The notes under the pieces: generated by a model
Databases searched by the model: none
Told to the model about the DNA's origin: nothing
Seen by the model: only the letters and a program-made list of their open reading frames with translations
Assembly: GCA_002723035.1 (NCBI GenBank)
Contig: PBNH01000024.1
Coordinates: 1-53,484, forward strand
Reading direction: 5' to 3'
Source of the DNA: Rhodobiaceae bacterium
Lineage (GTDB): Bacteria; Pseudomonadota; Alphaproteobacteria; MED-G09
Length of the DNA stretch: 53,484 nt
Position numbers and translations under genes: made by a program
Shown here: positions 8,331 through 17,543 of the stretch, piece by piece
How the letters are laid out: the number at the start of each line of letters is the position of its first letter
Numbering within the stretch: position 1 is the stretch's first letter

Positions 8331-9757
8331 GGGACTAGTTTTATTGCAATTACTGGCACCAACATTACTCCAATAATATTTAGTGCAAATCCAGCTCTCA
8401 TCATCTGATTAATATCAAATAAATTTGACCCATAAACTATCAGGTTTGGTGGGGTTGCAACAGGAAGCATAAAGGCGCAACTAGCCGCTAAGGTAATTGA
8501 GGCTGTAAGCACAAGAGGGCTCTCTCCAAGGCCAATTGCCATTGATGCGATAACAGGAAGAAAAACACTTGTTGTAGCTAGGTTGGATGTTAATTCAGTA
8601 AGAAAGATTATTAAAACTACAGATGCAACAACAAGTATTAGCAATCCAAATGAACCAAGTGGTTCTAGGTTACCACCTAGCCAAACAGATAAACCACTAT
8701 AGGATACTGCATTGGCAAGGCTTAGACCTCCTCCGAATAATATTAAGAGATTCCATGGGACATTTTTTGTTGTTTCCCAATCCATCAATTTATCATCCTT
8801 ATTTCCACTTGGTAATAAAAAGAGAGCTACAGATGCTATTATAGCAATTACATGGTCTGTTAAATTTTGAAGGCCAGGTATATTTTGAATAAGGTCCCTT
8901 GTGATCCATGAAGCAGCAGTTAAGCCAAAAATTATCAAAACTCTTCTCTCAGCAATACTCATTTTACCAAGATCGTTATATCTTTTTTTAATAAGTTCTA
9001 TCGCTTCATTGTTAGAGGAAAAGTTTGTTGAAAAAATTATTTTCGTTAGAATTATCCAAGTCAATGGAAGCAGTAAAATAGCTAGAGGAAGCCCTACCAA
9101 TAACCAACTCAAGAAGCTAATCTGAATATTATAATTTTCTTCTATAAAACTTGCAAAAACAGCATTTGGAGCAGTTCCAATCAGTGTTGTCATGCCACCA
9201 ATAGTTGCTGCATAAGCTATTCCGAGCATTAGGGCGGTTGCAAAACCATTGTTCTTATCTATATCTTTGTTTTCGTTTTGTTGTGCTATAGTTGCAACAG
9301 ATATCCCTATAGGAAGTAGCATTAATGTAGTAGATGTGTTCATCATCCACATAGATAAAAATGCGCTAACACCCATAAAACCAGCAATTAAAGTTGAGCC
9401 ATTTTTTCCTGAATACTTCAATATACCAAGAGCAATTCTTTCATGAAGATTTGATTTTTGGATACTTAACGCCAAAATAAAACCCCCTAAAAATAAGAAG
9501 ATATTTTTATTTGCAAAAGGTAAAGCTGTTTCTGAGAAAGAGGAAACACCGAACATTGGAAAAAAAATTAGAGGTAATAGAGCTGTTATAAAAAGTGGTA
9601 TAGCCTCTGTTGCCCACAATAACGCCATTAAAACACCTACTGCGGCAACTCTCCATGCCTCAATAGATAAACCTTCCGGTTTAGGATAAAATAAAATCAA
9701 TAAGAAAATTGATATTGAAAAAATCATCTTAAGGTTTTTTTGATTAAAATTTATCAT
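8315..9757 (-). CDS. DASS/SLC13 family sodium-coupled anion (sulfate/di-tricarboxylate) symporter
   Basis: 480-aa polytopic protein. The N-terminal region EAWRVAAVGVLMALLWATEAIPLFITALLPL is typical of the DASS family. The true start may be the internal Met at residue 11. Confidence 0.85.
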   Translation of the reverse strand: MINFNQKNLKMIFSISIFLLILFYPKPEGLSIEAWRVAAVGVLMALLWATEAIPLFITALLPLIFFPMFGVSSFSETALPFANKNIFLFLGGFILALSIQKSNLHERIALGILKYSGKNGSTLIAGFMGVSAFLSMWMMNTSTTLMLLPIGISVATIAQQNENKDIDKNNGFATALMLGIAYAATIGGMTTLIGTAPNAVFASFIEENYNIQISFLSWLLVGLPLAILLLPLTWIILTKIIFSTNFSSNNEAIELIKKRYNDLGKMSIAERRVLIIFGLTAASWITRDLIQNIPGLQNLTDHVIAIIASVALFLLPSGNKDDKLMDWETTKNVPWNLLILFGGGLSLANAVSYSGLSVWLGGNLEPLGSFGLLILVVASVVLIIFLTELTSNLATTSVFLPVIASMAIGLGESPLVLTASITLAASCAFMLPVATPPNLIVYGSNLFDINQMMRAGFALNIIGVMLVPVIAIKLVPYFLG

Positions 9758-9858
9758 AATTAAATTTATAGCCTAGATTTCTATTGAAATATTGTTAATT
9801 AATATTAGCTTGTGTGATAGTAATTACAAATATTTTATACTCCTAGAGGATTAACGTC

Positions 9859-10893
9859 ATGGGAAATATGTTGACTAATAGAATGCTAAAATTAAAGACT
9901 AGGCCAAAAGGTGCTGTAAGCGCAGATAATTTTGAACTATTAGAGGAACAAGTACCTGAGCTTAAAGATGGTCAAATCTTAGTTAAGGTATTGTATTTAT
10001 CCTTTGATCCCACACAAAGAGGCTGGTTGAATGATGTGAAATCTTATGTTCCCCCAGTTCAAATTGGCGAAATAATGAGAGCTAGTTCAGTTGGTCAAAT
10101 TATTGAGTCAAAAGATAATAATTTTTCAATCGGCGATCTTGTTATGGGTACTTTTGGTTGGCAGGAGTACGCTGCTGTGGATAGTTCCTTCGGTTTACTT
10201 CCAATTCAAAAACTGCCTCAAGGTATACCACCTACATCAGCCTTAAGTATATATGGAATTACAGGATTGACAGCTTTTTTTGGTATGATTGATATTGGTC
10301 AGCCTAAGGAAGGTGATACAGTTTTAGTTTCTGGAGCTGCTGGAGCAACTGGATCTGTAGCGGGTCAAATAGCAAGAATTAAAGGTGCAAAAAATGTCAT
10401 TGGTATTGCTGGTGGTCCTGAAAAATGTGATTGGGTTATTAAGGAGGCTGGTTTTGACTCATGTATCGACTATAAAAACGACGATGTTGCTTCAAAGTTA
10501 TTAAAATTAGCTCCAAAAGGTATTGATGTTTATTTTGATAATGTTGGTGGAAAAATATTAGAAATTTCTCTCGCTCAGATTGCACAGAATGCAAGAATTG
10601 TTATGTGTGGTGGCATTTCATCTGGATATACCACTGAAGCGCTTCCCCCCGGACCATCAACTTTAACAAATCTTATTATTCAAAGGGGAAAAATGGAAGG
10701 TTTTATTGTATTAGACTTTGCAGAGAGATTTGGTGAGGCAATGATACAATTAGGTACTTGGGTATCTGAAGGTAAAATAAAATATCAGGAGGATATTGCT
10801 GAAGGTCTAGAAAATTGTCCAGCCACACTCGCTAGACTATTTGAGGGTAAAAACTTTGGAAAGCAATTATTAAAAGTTGCTGATCAAGATTAA
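9859..10893 (+). CDS. NADP-dependent alkenal/enone oxidoreductase (MDR superfamily, PTGR1/YncB/CurA type)
   Basis: Has the GAAGATGSVAGQIARIKG nucleotide motif and lacks zinc ligands. The C-terminus is FEGKNFGKQLLKV. An AGAGGA RBS is present. A paralogue lies at 42041-43042. Confidence 0.85.
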   Translation: MGNMLTNRMLKLKTRPKGAVSADNFELLEEQVPELKDGQILVKVLYLSFDPTQRGWLNDVKSYVPPVQIGEIMRASSVGQIIESKDNNFSIGDLVMGTFGWQEYAAVDSSFGLLPIQKLPQGIPPTSALSIYGITGLTAFFGMIDIGQPKEGDTVLVSGAAGATGSVAGQIARIKGAKNVIGIAGGPEKCDWVIKEAGFDSCIDYKNDDVASKLLKLAPKGIDVYFDNVGGKILEISLAQIAQNARIVMCGGISSGYTTEALPPGPSTLTNLIIQRGKMEGFIVLDFAERFGEAMIQLGTWVSEGKIKYQEDIAEGLENCPATLARLFEGKNFGKQLLKVADQD

Positions 10894-10942
10894 ATAACTG
10901 ATTTACTCATATTTTTTTTATTTTAGTTGATATTGATTAACA

Positions 10943-12346
10943 ATGAAAATAACAAATAAAATATCAAATTTTTTCTCAAAAAAAACAATTTCATCATCGA
11001 TTAGGAATAAATTAATGATGGATTGGTCAAGTGAGAAAAAATTTTTTGAAAATAGAATTAAAAGCGAAAAATTAAGATTATCAGAAAAAAGACCTCATGT
11101 TGTCTATTACTTTCATTCTTTAACAGACCCATATTCACATCTAACATGTCAAATATTAGAGAGTTTTGTTAACAAGTATGATGTAGAGTTGAAGATACTT
11201 TTGGTATCAGATCCCAATAATGTTTTTACGCCTGAAAGAAAAATGTTTATAGATTATTGTTTAAATGATGCGTTAAATTTAGCTAAATATCACGGATTAA
11301 AATTTGAAAATATTGGCCAACCAAAAGAAAAAAATATACTAATTGCTTATAAGATCCTTAATTTCTATTTTTTTCAAAAAGAAATTAGTCAAATCGACTT
11401 TATAAAATTACTAATAAAAATTTCATCATCCTTATGGCTAAATGAAACTGATACGTTCAATGAAATAATTTTAAGTCTTGGAGAAAAGGAAAAACAAATA
11501 TTTGATACTTTAGAAAAATCGCTTTTAAGGGAAGGGAATGATAAATTATCTGAATTTGGTTATTACTTTGGTTCTTCTTTTCATTATGAAGGTGAAAACT
11601 ATTGGGGGGTTGATAGGTTAAATCATTTAGAGGATAGATTAAGCGAATTAAATTTAAAGACAGAAAATTCTCAACCCTATATTATCAATTACTTACAAAG
11701 TAATTTTAATTTAGAAAATTTAAATAATAGACAAGTAGATTTAAAAGTTGAATTTTTTCCTTCACTGAATAGTCCATACACATATATAAGCTTTAAGAGA
11801 ATTAGAGAAATATTTGAGAAATACCCCGTCAAATTTGAAATAAAACCAGTTCTACCAATGCTTATGCGTAATATGAAAATTCCACAAACTAAAGCAAAAT
11901 ATATTCTATCAGATGCGGCAAGAGAGGGCCGCAAGAATGGCGTAATAATTAAAAAAATATATTCACCAATCGGTAAACCTGCTGAGAGAGCTTACTCTCT
12001 TTTTCCGATAATTAATGATAAAGGTTTTGGCTTTGACTATTTAGAGAGGTTAATGGAGTCATGTTTTTTTCATGGAGAGAATATTGGTGAAATAAAATAT
12101 TTAGAAAAAATAATTTCTGATTTGGGATTGTCTTGGACTGAGATAAAAGAGGAACTTAAAAATGACGAATGGAAAAAATTATTAAATAATAATTTAAATG
12201 AAATGTACAAAGGGGGTTGCTGGGGAGTTCCAACTGTAAAACTATCTAACTTAAATAGTGATTATGAGTATTATCAGTGGGGGCAAGATAGAATTCATTT
12301 TATTGAAAAGGAAATAATCTCTATATTAAGTTTTAACCACCAGTAA
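10943..12346 (+). CDS. tandem double-domain DsbA-like / 2-hydroxychromene-2-carboxylate isomerase (kappa-GST-like) protein
   Basis: Two modules of about 200 aa each start with the family N-terminal strand-loop motif: VVYYFHSLTDPYSH, then VEFFPSLNSPYTYISF. The C-terminal GGCWGVPTV resembles the family motif G.FG.PT. Confidence 0.7.
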   Translation: MKITNKISNFFSKKTISSSIRNKLMMDWSSEKKFFENRIKSEKLRLSEKRPHVVYYFHSLTDPYSHLTCQILESFVNKYDVELKILLVSDPNNVFTPERKMFIDYCLNDALNLAKYHGLKFENIGQPKEKNILIAYKILNFYFFQKEISQIDFIKLLIKISSSLWLNETDTFNEIILSLGEKEKQIFDTLEKSLLREGNDKLSEFGYYFGSSFHYEGENYWGVDRLNHLEDRLSELNLKTENSQPYIINYLQSNFNLENLNNRQVDLKVEFFPSLNSPYTYISFKRIREIFEKYPVKFEIKPVLPMLMRNMKIPQTKAKYILSDAAREGRKNGVIIKKIYSPIGKPAERAYSLFPIINDKGFGFDYLERLMESCFFHGENIGEIKYLEKIISDLGLSWTEIKEELKNDEWKKLLNNNLNEMYKGGCWGVPTVKLSNLNSDYEYYQWGQDRIHFIEKEIISILSFNHQ

Positions 12347-13361
12347 CTGACATATGACGACTAACTGTGGGTCTTTGATTTCTTTTTGATATATTAAAAT
12401 CATGAGCTTTGGGCTTAATTTTCATAGCCTTATCAATTGAGGAATGAAGCTGCATAATGTTTCCAGTTCTTATTATTGATCTAAAATCAATACTATCATT
12501 TTGACCAAGGCACATAAAAAGTTTGCCAGTACTGGTCAGTCTAATTCTATTACAGTTTGCACAAAAGTTATTACTTAAGGGTGTTATGAACCCGATTAAA
12601 TTTTTTGTTTTATTAGTTTTTTTATAAAATGAAGGGCCCGCGGTTTTGTAGTTAGTTTCTTTAAGTGAATATTTTTTTTTAATTTCTTCTTCTACCTCAG
12701 CAAGTGAAATATACTGATCTATTCTATCCTGATCTGTAAGTCCCATAGGCATTGTTTCAATTAGACTTATATCAAAATTATTATTATGCGCCCATTCGAT
12801 AATGTTATTTATTTCATCAAGATTTTTATTTTTTATCATTACGGTGTTAATTTTAATTTTTAGGCCATTATCTTTTGCCGTCATTAAACCTTTGATGACA
12901 TTTTCAAGATCATCCCTTCTTGTTATTTGATAAAATTTATCTTTCATTAAAGTATCAAGAGAAACATTTATTCTTCTAACGCCGGAGTCGTATAGTTGCT
13001 TAGACATTTTATCTAAAAGACTTCCATTTGTTGTAAGAGTGATTTCCTTCAAGTCACCAGATGATATGAAGCGAGAAAGATTTGAGATAAAATCTATTAA
13101 ACCTTTTCTTACCAATGGTTCACCACCACTAAGTCTTATTTTTGTTATACCTCTTGAAATAAATAATGAGCAAAGATAATCCATTTCATCAAAAGTAAGA
13201 AGATCTTTTTTGGGTAGAAATTTCATTTTTTCTGGCATGCAATATGTACATCGAAAATTACATCTATCTGTCACAGATATTCTTAAATAATCAATTTTTC
13301 TTCCAAAGTTATCAATTAATTTATTGTTTTTGCTTGGTGTATTTATAAAAATATTATTCAT
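12333..13361 (-). CDS. moaA: GTP 3',8-cyclase (molybdenum cofactor biosynthesis protein A)
   Basis: Radical-SAM motif CNFRCTYC, a C-terminal second cluster (CANCNRIRLT..G....C), and a terminal GG. Confidence 0.95.
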   Translation of the reverse strand: MNNIFINTPSKNNKLIDNFGRKIDYLRISVTDRCNFRCTYCMPEKMKFLPKKDLLTFDEMDYLCSLFISRGITKIRLSGGEPLVRKGLIDFISNLSRFISSGDLKEITLTTNGSLLDKMSKQLYDSGVRRINVSLDTLMKDKFYQITRRDDLENVIKGLMTAKDNGLKIKINTVMIKNKNLDEINNIIEWAHNNNFDISLIETMPMGLTDQDRIDQYISLAEVEEEIKKKYSLKETNYKTAGPSFYKKTNKTKNLIGFITPLSNNFCANCNRIRLTSTGKLFMCLGQNDSIDFRSIIRTGNIMQLHSSIDKAMKIKPKAHDFNISKRNQRPTVSRHMSVTGG

Positions 13362-13421
13362 TACCTATATTAACATAAGTGATTTCTTTTTAATTATTTT
13401 TTTATAGATATGATGAAAAAA

Positions 13422-13586
13422 CTAATACTTTTTAATTAATTGATTATGAAACCAAAAAATAAATGCTAAATTAATTGGTAATGAAAAAAAAAATAAATCT
13501 GGTATAGTATTTATTATTGAAACAAAGCCGGTAAACAAGAATATTGCGCCAAAAATACATAATGATAATTTTAATAGTTCAATCAT
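13422..13586 (-). CDS. hypothetical 54-aa hydrophobic small protein (unannotated ORF upstream of moaA)
   Basis: Base-by-base translation gives MIELLKLSLCIFGAIFLFTGFVSIINTIPDLFFFSLPINLAFIFWFHNQLIKKY. It is below the track cut-off, has only a weak GGAAAG upstream, and could be a T-rich chance ORF. Confidence 0.25.
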   Translation of the reverse strand: MIELLKLSLCIFGAIFLFTGFVSIINTIPDLFFFSLPINLAFIFWFHNQLIKKY

Positions 13587-13669
13587 TTAAGAAACTTTCC
13601 ATAAGTTTTTAGTATTCTTGAAGCAAAAAACATGCCATAAATTATTTTGTGGAATAATTAAATATAGAA

Positions 13670-15103
13670 ATGGCCAAATTATCACAAATACAAAGTACAA
13701 AATTATCTCAAAATATTGCTTTAACTCCGCAATTAATACAGGCTATTAAATTGTTTGAGCTGAATAATATTGAGCTTGATGAATACATTAATAAAGAAAT
13801 CATTGATAACCCTTTTTTGGATAAGGATAATGGCTCCAATGATGAAGACAATGACAAAAATTATGATGAAAATATCTTATCTGTAAATAATTCATCGACT
13901 GAGTCAGAAATTCACATATCAAATCAAGAAAGCCCCATAGATGATCAGTCTAATATTTTTGACAATAGCTATGGAGGGGATAACTCTGAAATAAATAATT
14001 ATATTGAAGAGACAGTCAGTTTTAAGAAGTCATCAAAGGATTTTCTAATTGAGCAAGTTAACATTACTTTTGAAAATGAACTAGATAAACAAATTGCATT
14101 TCAACTAATCGAAAATTTAGAGGGTAGTGGATTTTTAAAAATTTCTTTGAAAGATTTTTCAATAGATATTGGTATTGAGGAAAGCAAAATAAATAAAGTT
14201 TTATCAAGGTTGAAAAAATTTGAGCCCACAGGAGTTTTTTCTCAATCACTTGAGGAGTCTTTTTTATTACAATTAGAGGAAAGAAATTTATTAAACAATT
14301 CGATTAAAAAGTTAATAAATAATTTAGAAATTCTTGCGTCAGGCGATTTAAAAAAGCTAATAAAAATTTGTAATACTGATGAAAATGAAATTTTTAAAAT
14401 GCTAAAAACAATAAGATCATGTAATCCAAAACCCTTATCATCATTTGATGAAAACGATTTTGATGATATTAAAGAGCCTGATGTAATTGTAAAAAAAGTT
14501 GAGTCAAAATGGATTGTAGAGTTGAATGAAAATACTTTACCAAAGGTATTAGTAAATAGTGGTTATTATGAGGAACTTGCATCAAGGAACCTTACAAAAG
14601 AGGATAAAGACTATTTAGCTACTAGATATGCCTCAGGTAAATGGTTGTTAAAAGCATTGGAGCAAAGGTCAGCAACTATTCTTAGGGTTTCAAGAGAAAT
14701 TATTCGACAACAAAACTCATTTCTTGAAAACGGCTTGGCTTATATAAAACCTATGATTTTAAAAGATATTGCAAAGGAATTAGATCTTCATGAAAGTACT
14801 ATTTCTAGAATTACAAATTCAAAAGAAATTGACACACCCAGGGGTATTTATTCTCTAAAGTTCTTTTTTTCTAAAGCTATTGAAAGTGTTGGGGATGCCG
14901 ATATTTCTTCTCAATCAGTAAAAATAAAAATTAGAAATTTTATAGATAATGAAACTGTAAAAACCTTATCTGATACAAAGTTAAAGGATTTACTTCACGA
15001 AACTGGAATTAAAATTGCTAGGAGAACAATCACAAAATATAGAGAGGAAATGAATATTCCATCATCTTTTGAACGTAAAAAAATTAGGAAACTAAAAATT
15101 TAA
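13670..15103 (+). CDS. rpoN: RNA polymerase sigma-54 factor
   Basis: Region I is LSQNIALTPQLIQAIKLFELNNIELDEYI. Region II is acidic and Asn/Ser-rich. The C-terminus has an HTH and the RpoN box ARRTITKYR. Confidence 0.95.
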   Translation: MAKLSQIQSTKLSQNIALTPQLIQAIKLFELNNIELDEYINKEIIDNPFLDKDNGSNDEDNDKNYDENILSVNNSSTESEIHISNQESPIDDQSNIFDNSYGGDNSEINNYIEETVSFKKSSKDFLIEQVNITFENELDKQIAFQLIENLEGSGFLKISLKDFSIDIGIEESKINKVLSRLKKFEPTGVFSQSLEESFLLQLEERNLLNNSIKKLINNLEILASGDLKKLIKICNTDENEIFKMLKTIRSCNPKPLSSFDENDFDDIKEPDVIVKKVESKWIVELNENTLPKVLVNSGYYEELASRNLTKEDKDYLATRYASGKWLLKALEQRSATILRVSREIIRQQNSFLENGLAYIKPMILKDIAKELDLHESTISRITNSKEIDTPRGIYSLKFFFSKAIESVGDADISSQSVKIKIRNFIDNETVKTLSDTKLKDLLHETGIKIARRTITKYREEMNIPSSFERKKIRKLKI

Positions 15104-15190
15104 AAGTAAAAAATATAATATTAAAATATTTACCTTTATATAATTGTGAGTATAAAACTATCAAGATATGTTCTTTGAGAAGAGGATTTT

Positions 15191-16570
15191 ATGGATAAAA
15201 AATTGAAACCAAACTCTTATGCTGCTTTAGATGCAGAAAATCATTTTCATCCCTATTCAAATGCTAGAAGGATTGAAGAACAAGGTCCTATGGTAATATC
15301 CGAGGGAGAAGGTATATATGTTTGGGGCGATGATGGAAAAAAATATCTTGAAGCAATGGCTGGCCTTTGGTCGGTTGCAGTTGGATTCGGTGAGGAAAGA
15401 TTAATAGATGCTGCTACTAAACAATTAAATAAGCTTCCATATTATCCTTCTTTTTCTCATAAATCGCACCCTGCTGTGGCTGAGTTATCTCATAAATTAG
15501 TTGAAATGGTAGGTCTTGATATGAGTAGGGTTCATTTTACGAATTCAGGGTCTGAAGCTAATGATACGGCAATGAAGTTTGTTTGGTATTATAATAATGC
15601 ACTTAAAAAACCTAAAAAGAAAAAAATTATTTCAAGAATAAAAGCTTATCATGGAATAACTATCGCATCAGGAAGTCTTACAGGAATGCCATTAATGCAT
15701 AATGATTTTGATCTTCCCATTTCTCAAGTTTTACATACTATGTGCCCTCATTATTGGAGAGAGGGTCTTGAAGGTGAAACTGAAGATGAATTTTCCTCAA
15801 GGTGTGCGGATGAACTAGAAAAACTTATTTTGAAAGAAGATCCAGACACAATTGCTGCTTTTATTGGTGAACCAGTAATGGGTGCAGGTGGTCTAATAGT
15901 ACCCCCAGCTGGATATTGGGAAAAGATACAAAAGATTTGCAGAAAATATGATATTTTAATTATTGCAGATGAGGTTATTAATGGATTTGGAAGAACTGGA
16001 AAACCTTTTGCATGCGAATTATATGGAATAAAACCTGATTTTATAGTTTTATCAAAACAAATTACATCATCATATATGCCTATGGCAGCTGTTTTAATGA
16101 CTGATGAAATATATCAGGTGATAGCCGATAATACTCAAAAAAATATAATGTTTGGTAGTGGTTTTACAGCAAGTGCTCATCCAGTTGCTTGTGCAGTAGC
16201 CTTAGAAAACATTCGCGTTATTGAAGAAAATAAATTAATGGATAGGGTTCCTATGTTACAGGATCAATTTCAGGAGAGACTAAATAAGCTTGAGGGTATT
16301 GATATTGTTGGTGAAGCTAGGGGTATTGGCTTAATGGGAGCTGTTGAGGTAGTTCATGACAAATCTCCGTCTAAACCCTTCAATCCAATAGGAAGTGCTG
16401 GCTCTGTAATTGCTGAGTGTGCTCATAAAAATGGTTTAATAGTTAGAGCTATTGGCGATACACTGGCAGTATGCCCACCTCTAATTATAAAAGAGGAGCA
16501 GATAGATGAATTATTTGATAAATTTTCTCAGTCACTAATTGATGGTTCAAAATTACTCAAGGAAAAATAA
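15191..16570 (+). CDS. class-III PLP aminotransferase (omega-amino acid / beta-alanine:pyruvate type)
   Basis: Motifs SGSEANDTA and DEVINGFGRTG, plus the PLP-Lys region DFIVLSKQITSSY. 459 aa. Confidence 0.9.
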   Translation: MDKKLKPNSYAALDAENHFHPYSNARRIEEQGPMVISEGEGIYVWGDDGKKYLEAMAGLWSVAVGFGEERLIDAATKQLNKLPYYPSFSHKSHPAVAELSHKLVEMVGLDMSRVHFTNSGSEANDTAMKFVWYYNNALKKPKKKKIISRIKAYHGITIASGSLTGMPLMHNDFDLPISQVLHTMCPHYWREGLEGETEDEFSSRCADELEKLILKEDPDTIAAFIGEPVMGAGGLIVPPAGYWEKIQKICRKYDILIIADEVINGFGRTGKPFACELYGIKPDFIVLSKQITSSYMPMAAVLMTDEIYQVIADNTQKNIMFGSGFTASAHPVACAVALENIRVIEENKLMDRVPMLQDQFQERLNKLEGIDIVGEARGIGLMGAVEVVHDKSPSKPFNPIGSAGSVIAECAHKNGLIVRAIGDTLAVCPPLIIKEEQIDELFDKFSQSLIDGSKLLKEK

Positions 16571-16572
16571 AT

Positions 16573-17541
16573 TTAATTTATCTCTAGAATTATTTTTCCA
16601 ATATTTTTGTCTTCTTCCATGATCCTATGAGCTACGTTCGCGTCATTAATATTCAAAATTGCATGAACGCACGGCTTAATCTTTTTTGCTTTAAAAAAAG
16701 GCCATACATTTTGATATAAATCACTCATTATTCTTCCTTTAATAGATACACTTCTCGCTCTTATAGTCGAACCAATAATTTTTTGTCTTTTCATTAGAAT
16801 TGAACCTAAGTTTATTGAGGATTTTATACCACCCATAAGCCCAATTATAACGAGTCTACCTTCAATAGACAGTACATTAATATTATCCTCAAAATAGTTA
16901 CCACCAACGGGATCCAAAATTATATTAACACCATCAGGTGACCATTCTTTTATTTTTTTAAAAGGCTCTTCTGTTCTTAAGGCACCGTTAGTAGCACCAA
17001 GTTCAGTACAAAAATTAATTTTTTCTTGTGTTCCTGCCGTAACAAATGACTCGCACTCAAAGGCCTTGCATAATTGAATAGCCGCAGTTCCTATACCACT
17101 TGCTCCTGCATGCAATAATACTTTATCTCCTTTTGTTAAATTGGCTTCTAAAAAAAGATTTAGCCAACAGGTTGCATAAACTTCAGGTAGGGATGAGGCT
17201 TCTATTAAATTAATTCCCTCAGGAATTGGTATGGCCTGGACTTCGGGACAGGAGACGTATTCAGCATATCCTCCTCCAGCTAAAAGTGCACAAACTTTTT
17301 CTCCTACTTTTCTATTTTTGACATTTTTTCCAATTTTTTCAATAATACCGCTACATTCTAACCCTAATATATTAGATCCTCCTGGAGGGGGAGGGTAGAG
17401 ACCATTTTTTTGAACAATATCAGCCCTGTTAACCGAAGTAGCGCTAATTTTTATCAAAACATCATTATCGGAAATCGAAGGAAAATTACTTTCAGACCAT
17501 TCAAGTTTTTTATTTTCTAAAATATTAATAGCTCTCATCAT
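16573..17541 (-). CDS. NAD(P)H:quinone oxidoreductase, PIG3/Qor-type MDR
   Basis: RADIVQKNGLYPPPPGGSNILGLECSG and HAGASGIGTAAIQL are typical of the PIG3 subfamily. Confidence 0.85.
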   Translation of the reverse strand: MMRAINILENKKLEWSESNFPSISDNDVLIKISATSVNRADIVQKNGLYPPPPGGSNILGLECSGIIEKIGKNVKNRKVGEKVCALLAGGGYAEYVSCPEVQAIPIPEGINLIEASSLPEVYATCWLNLFLEANLTKGDKVLLHAGASGIGTAAIQLCKAFECESFVTAGTQEKINFCTELGATNGALRTEEPFKKIKEWSPDGVNIILDPVGGNYFEDNINVLSIEGRLVIIGLMGGIKSSINLGSILMKRQKIIGSTIRARSVSIKGRIMSDLYQNVWPFFKAKKIKPCVHAILNINDANVAHRIMEEDKNIGKIILEIN

Positions 17542-17543
17542 GG

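Noticed and set aside
1697-13361. Calling the block after tRNA-Thr a mobile genomic island.
   Set aside because: By eye I found no integrase, transposase, phage or conjugation gene, no direct repeat of the tRNA 3' end, and no obvious compositional break. I kept it only as a synteny-replacement observation.
13362-13421. Possible Moco riboswitch upstream of moaA, as in the E. coli moaABCDE leader.
   Set aside because: Only about 60 nt of almost pure A/T separate the small ORF from moaA, and 308 nt reach rpoN. I see none of the GC-containing conserved helices expected for the Moco RNA motif of about 130 nt.
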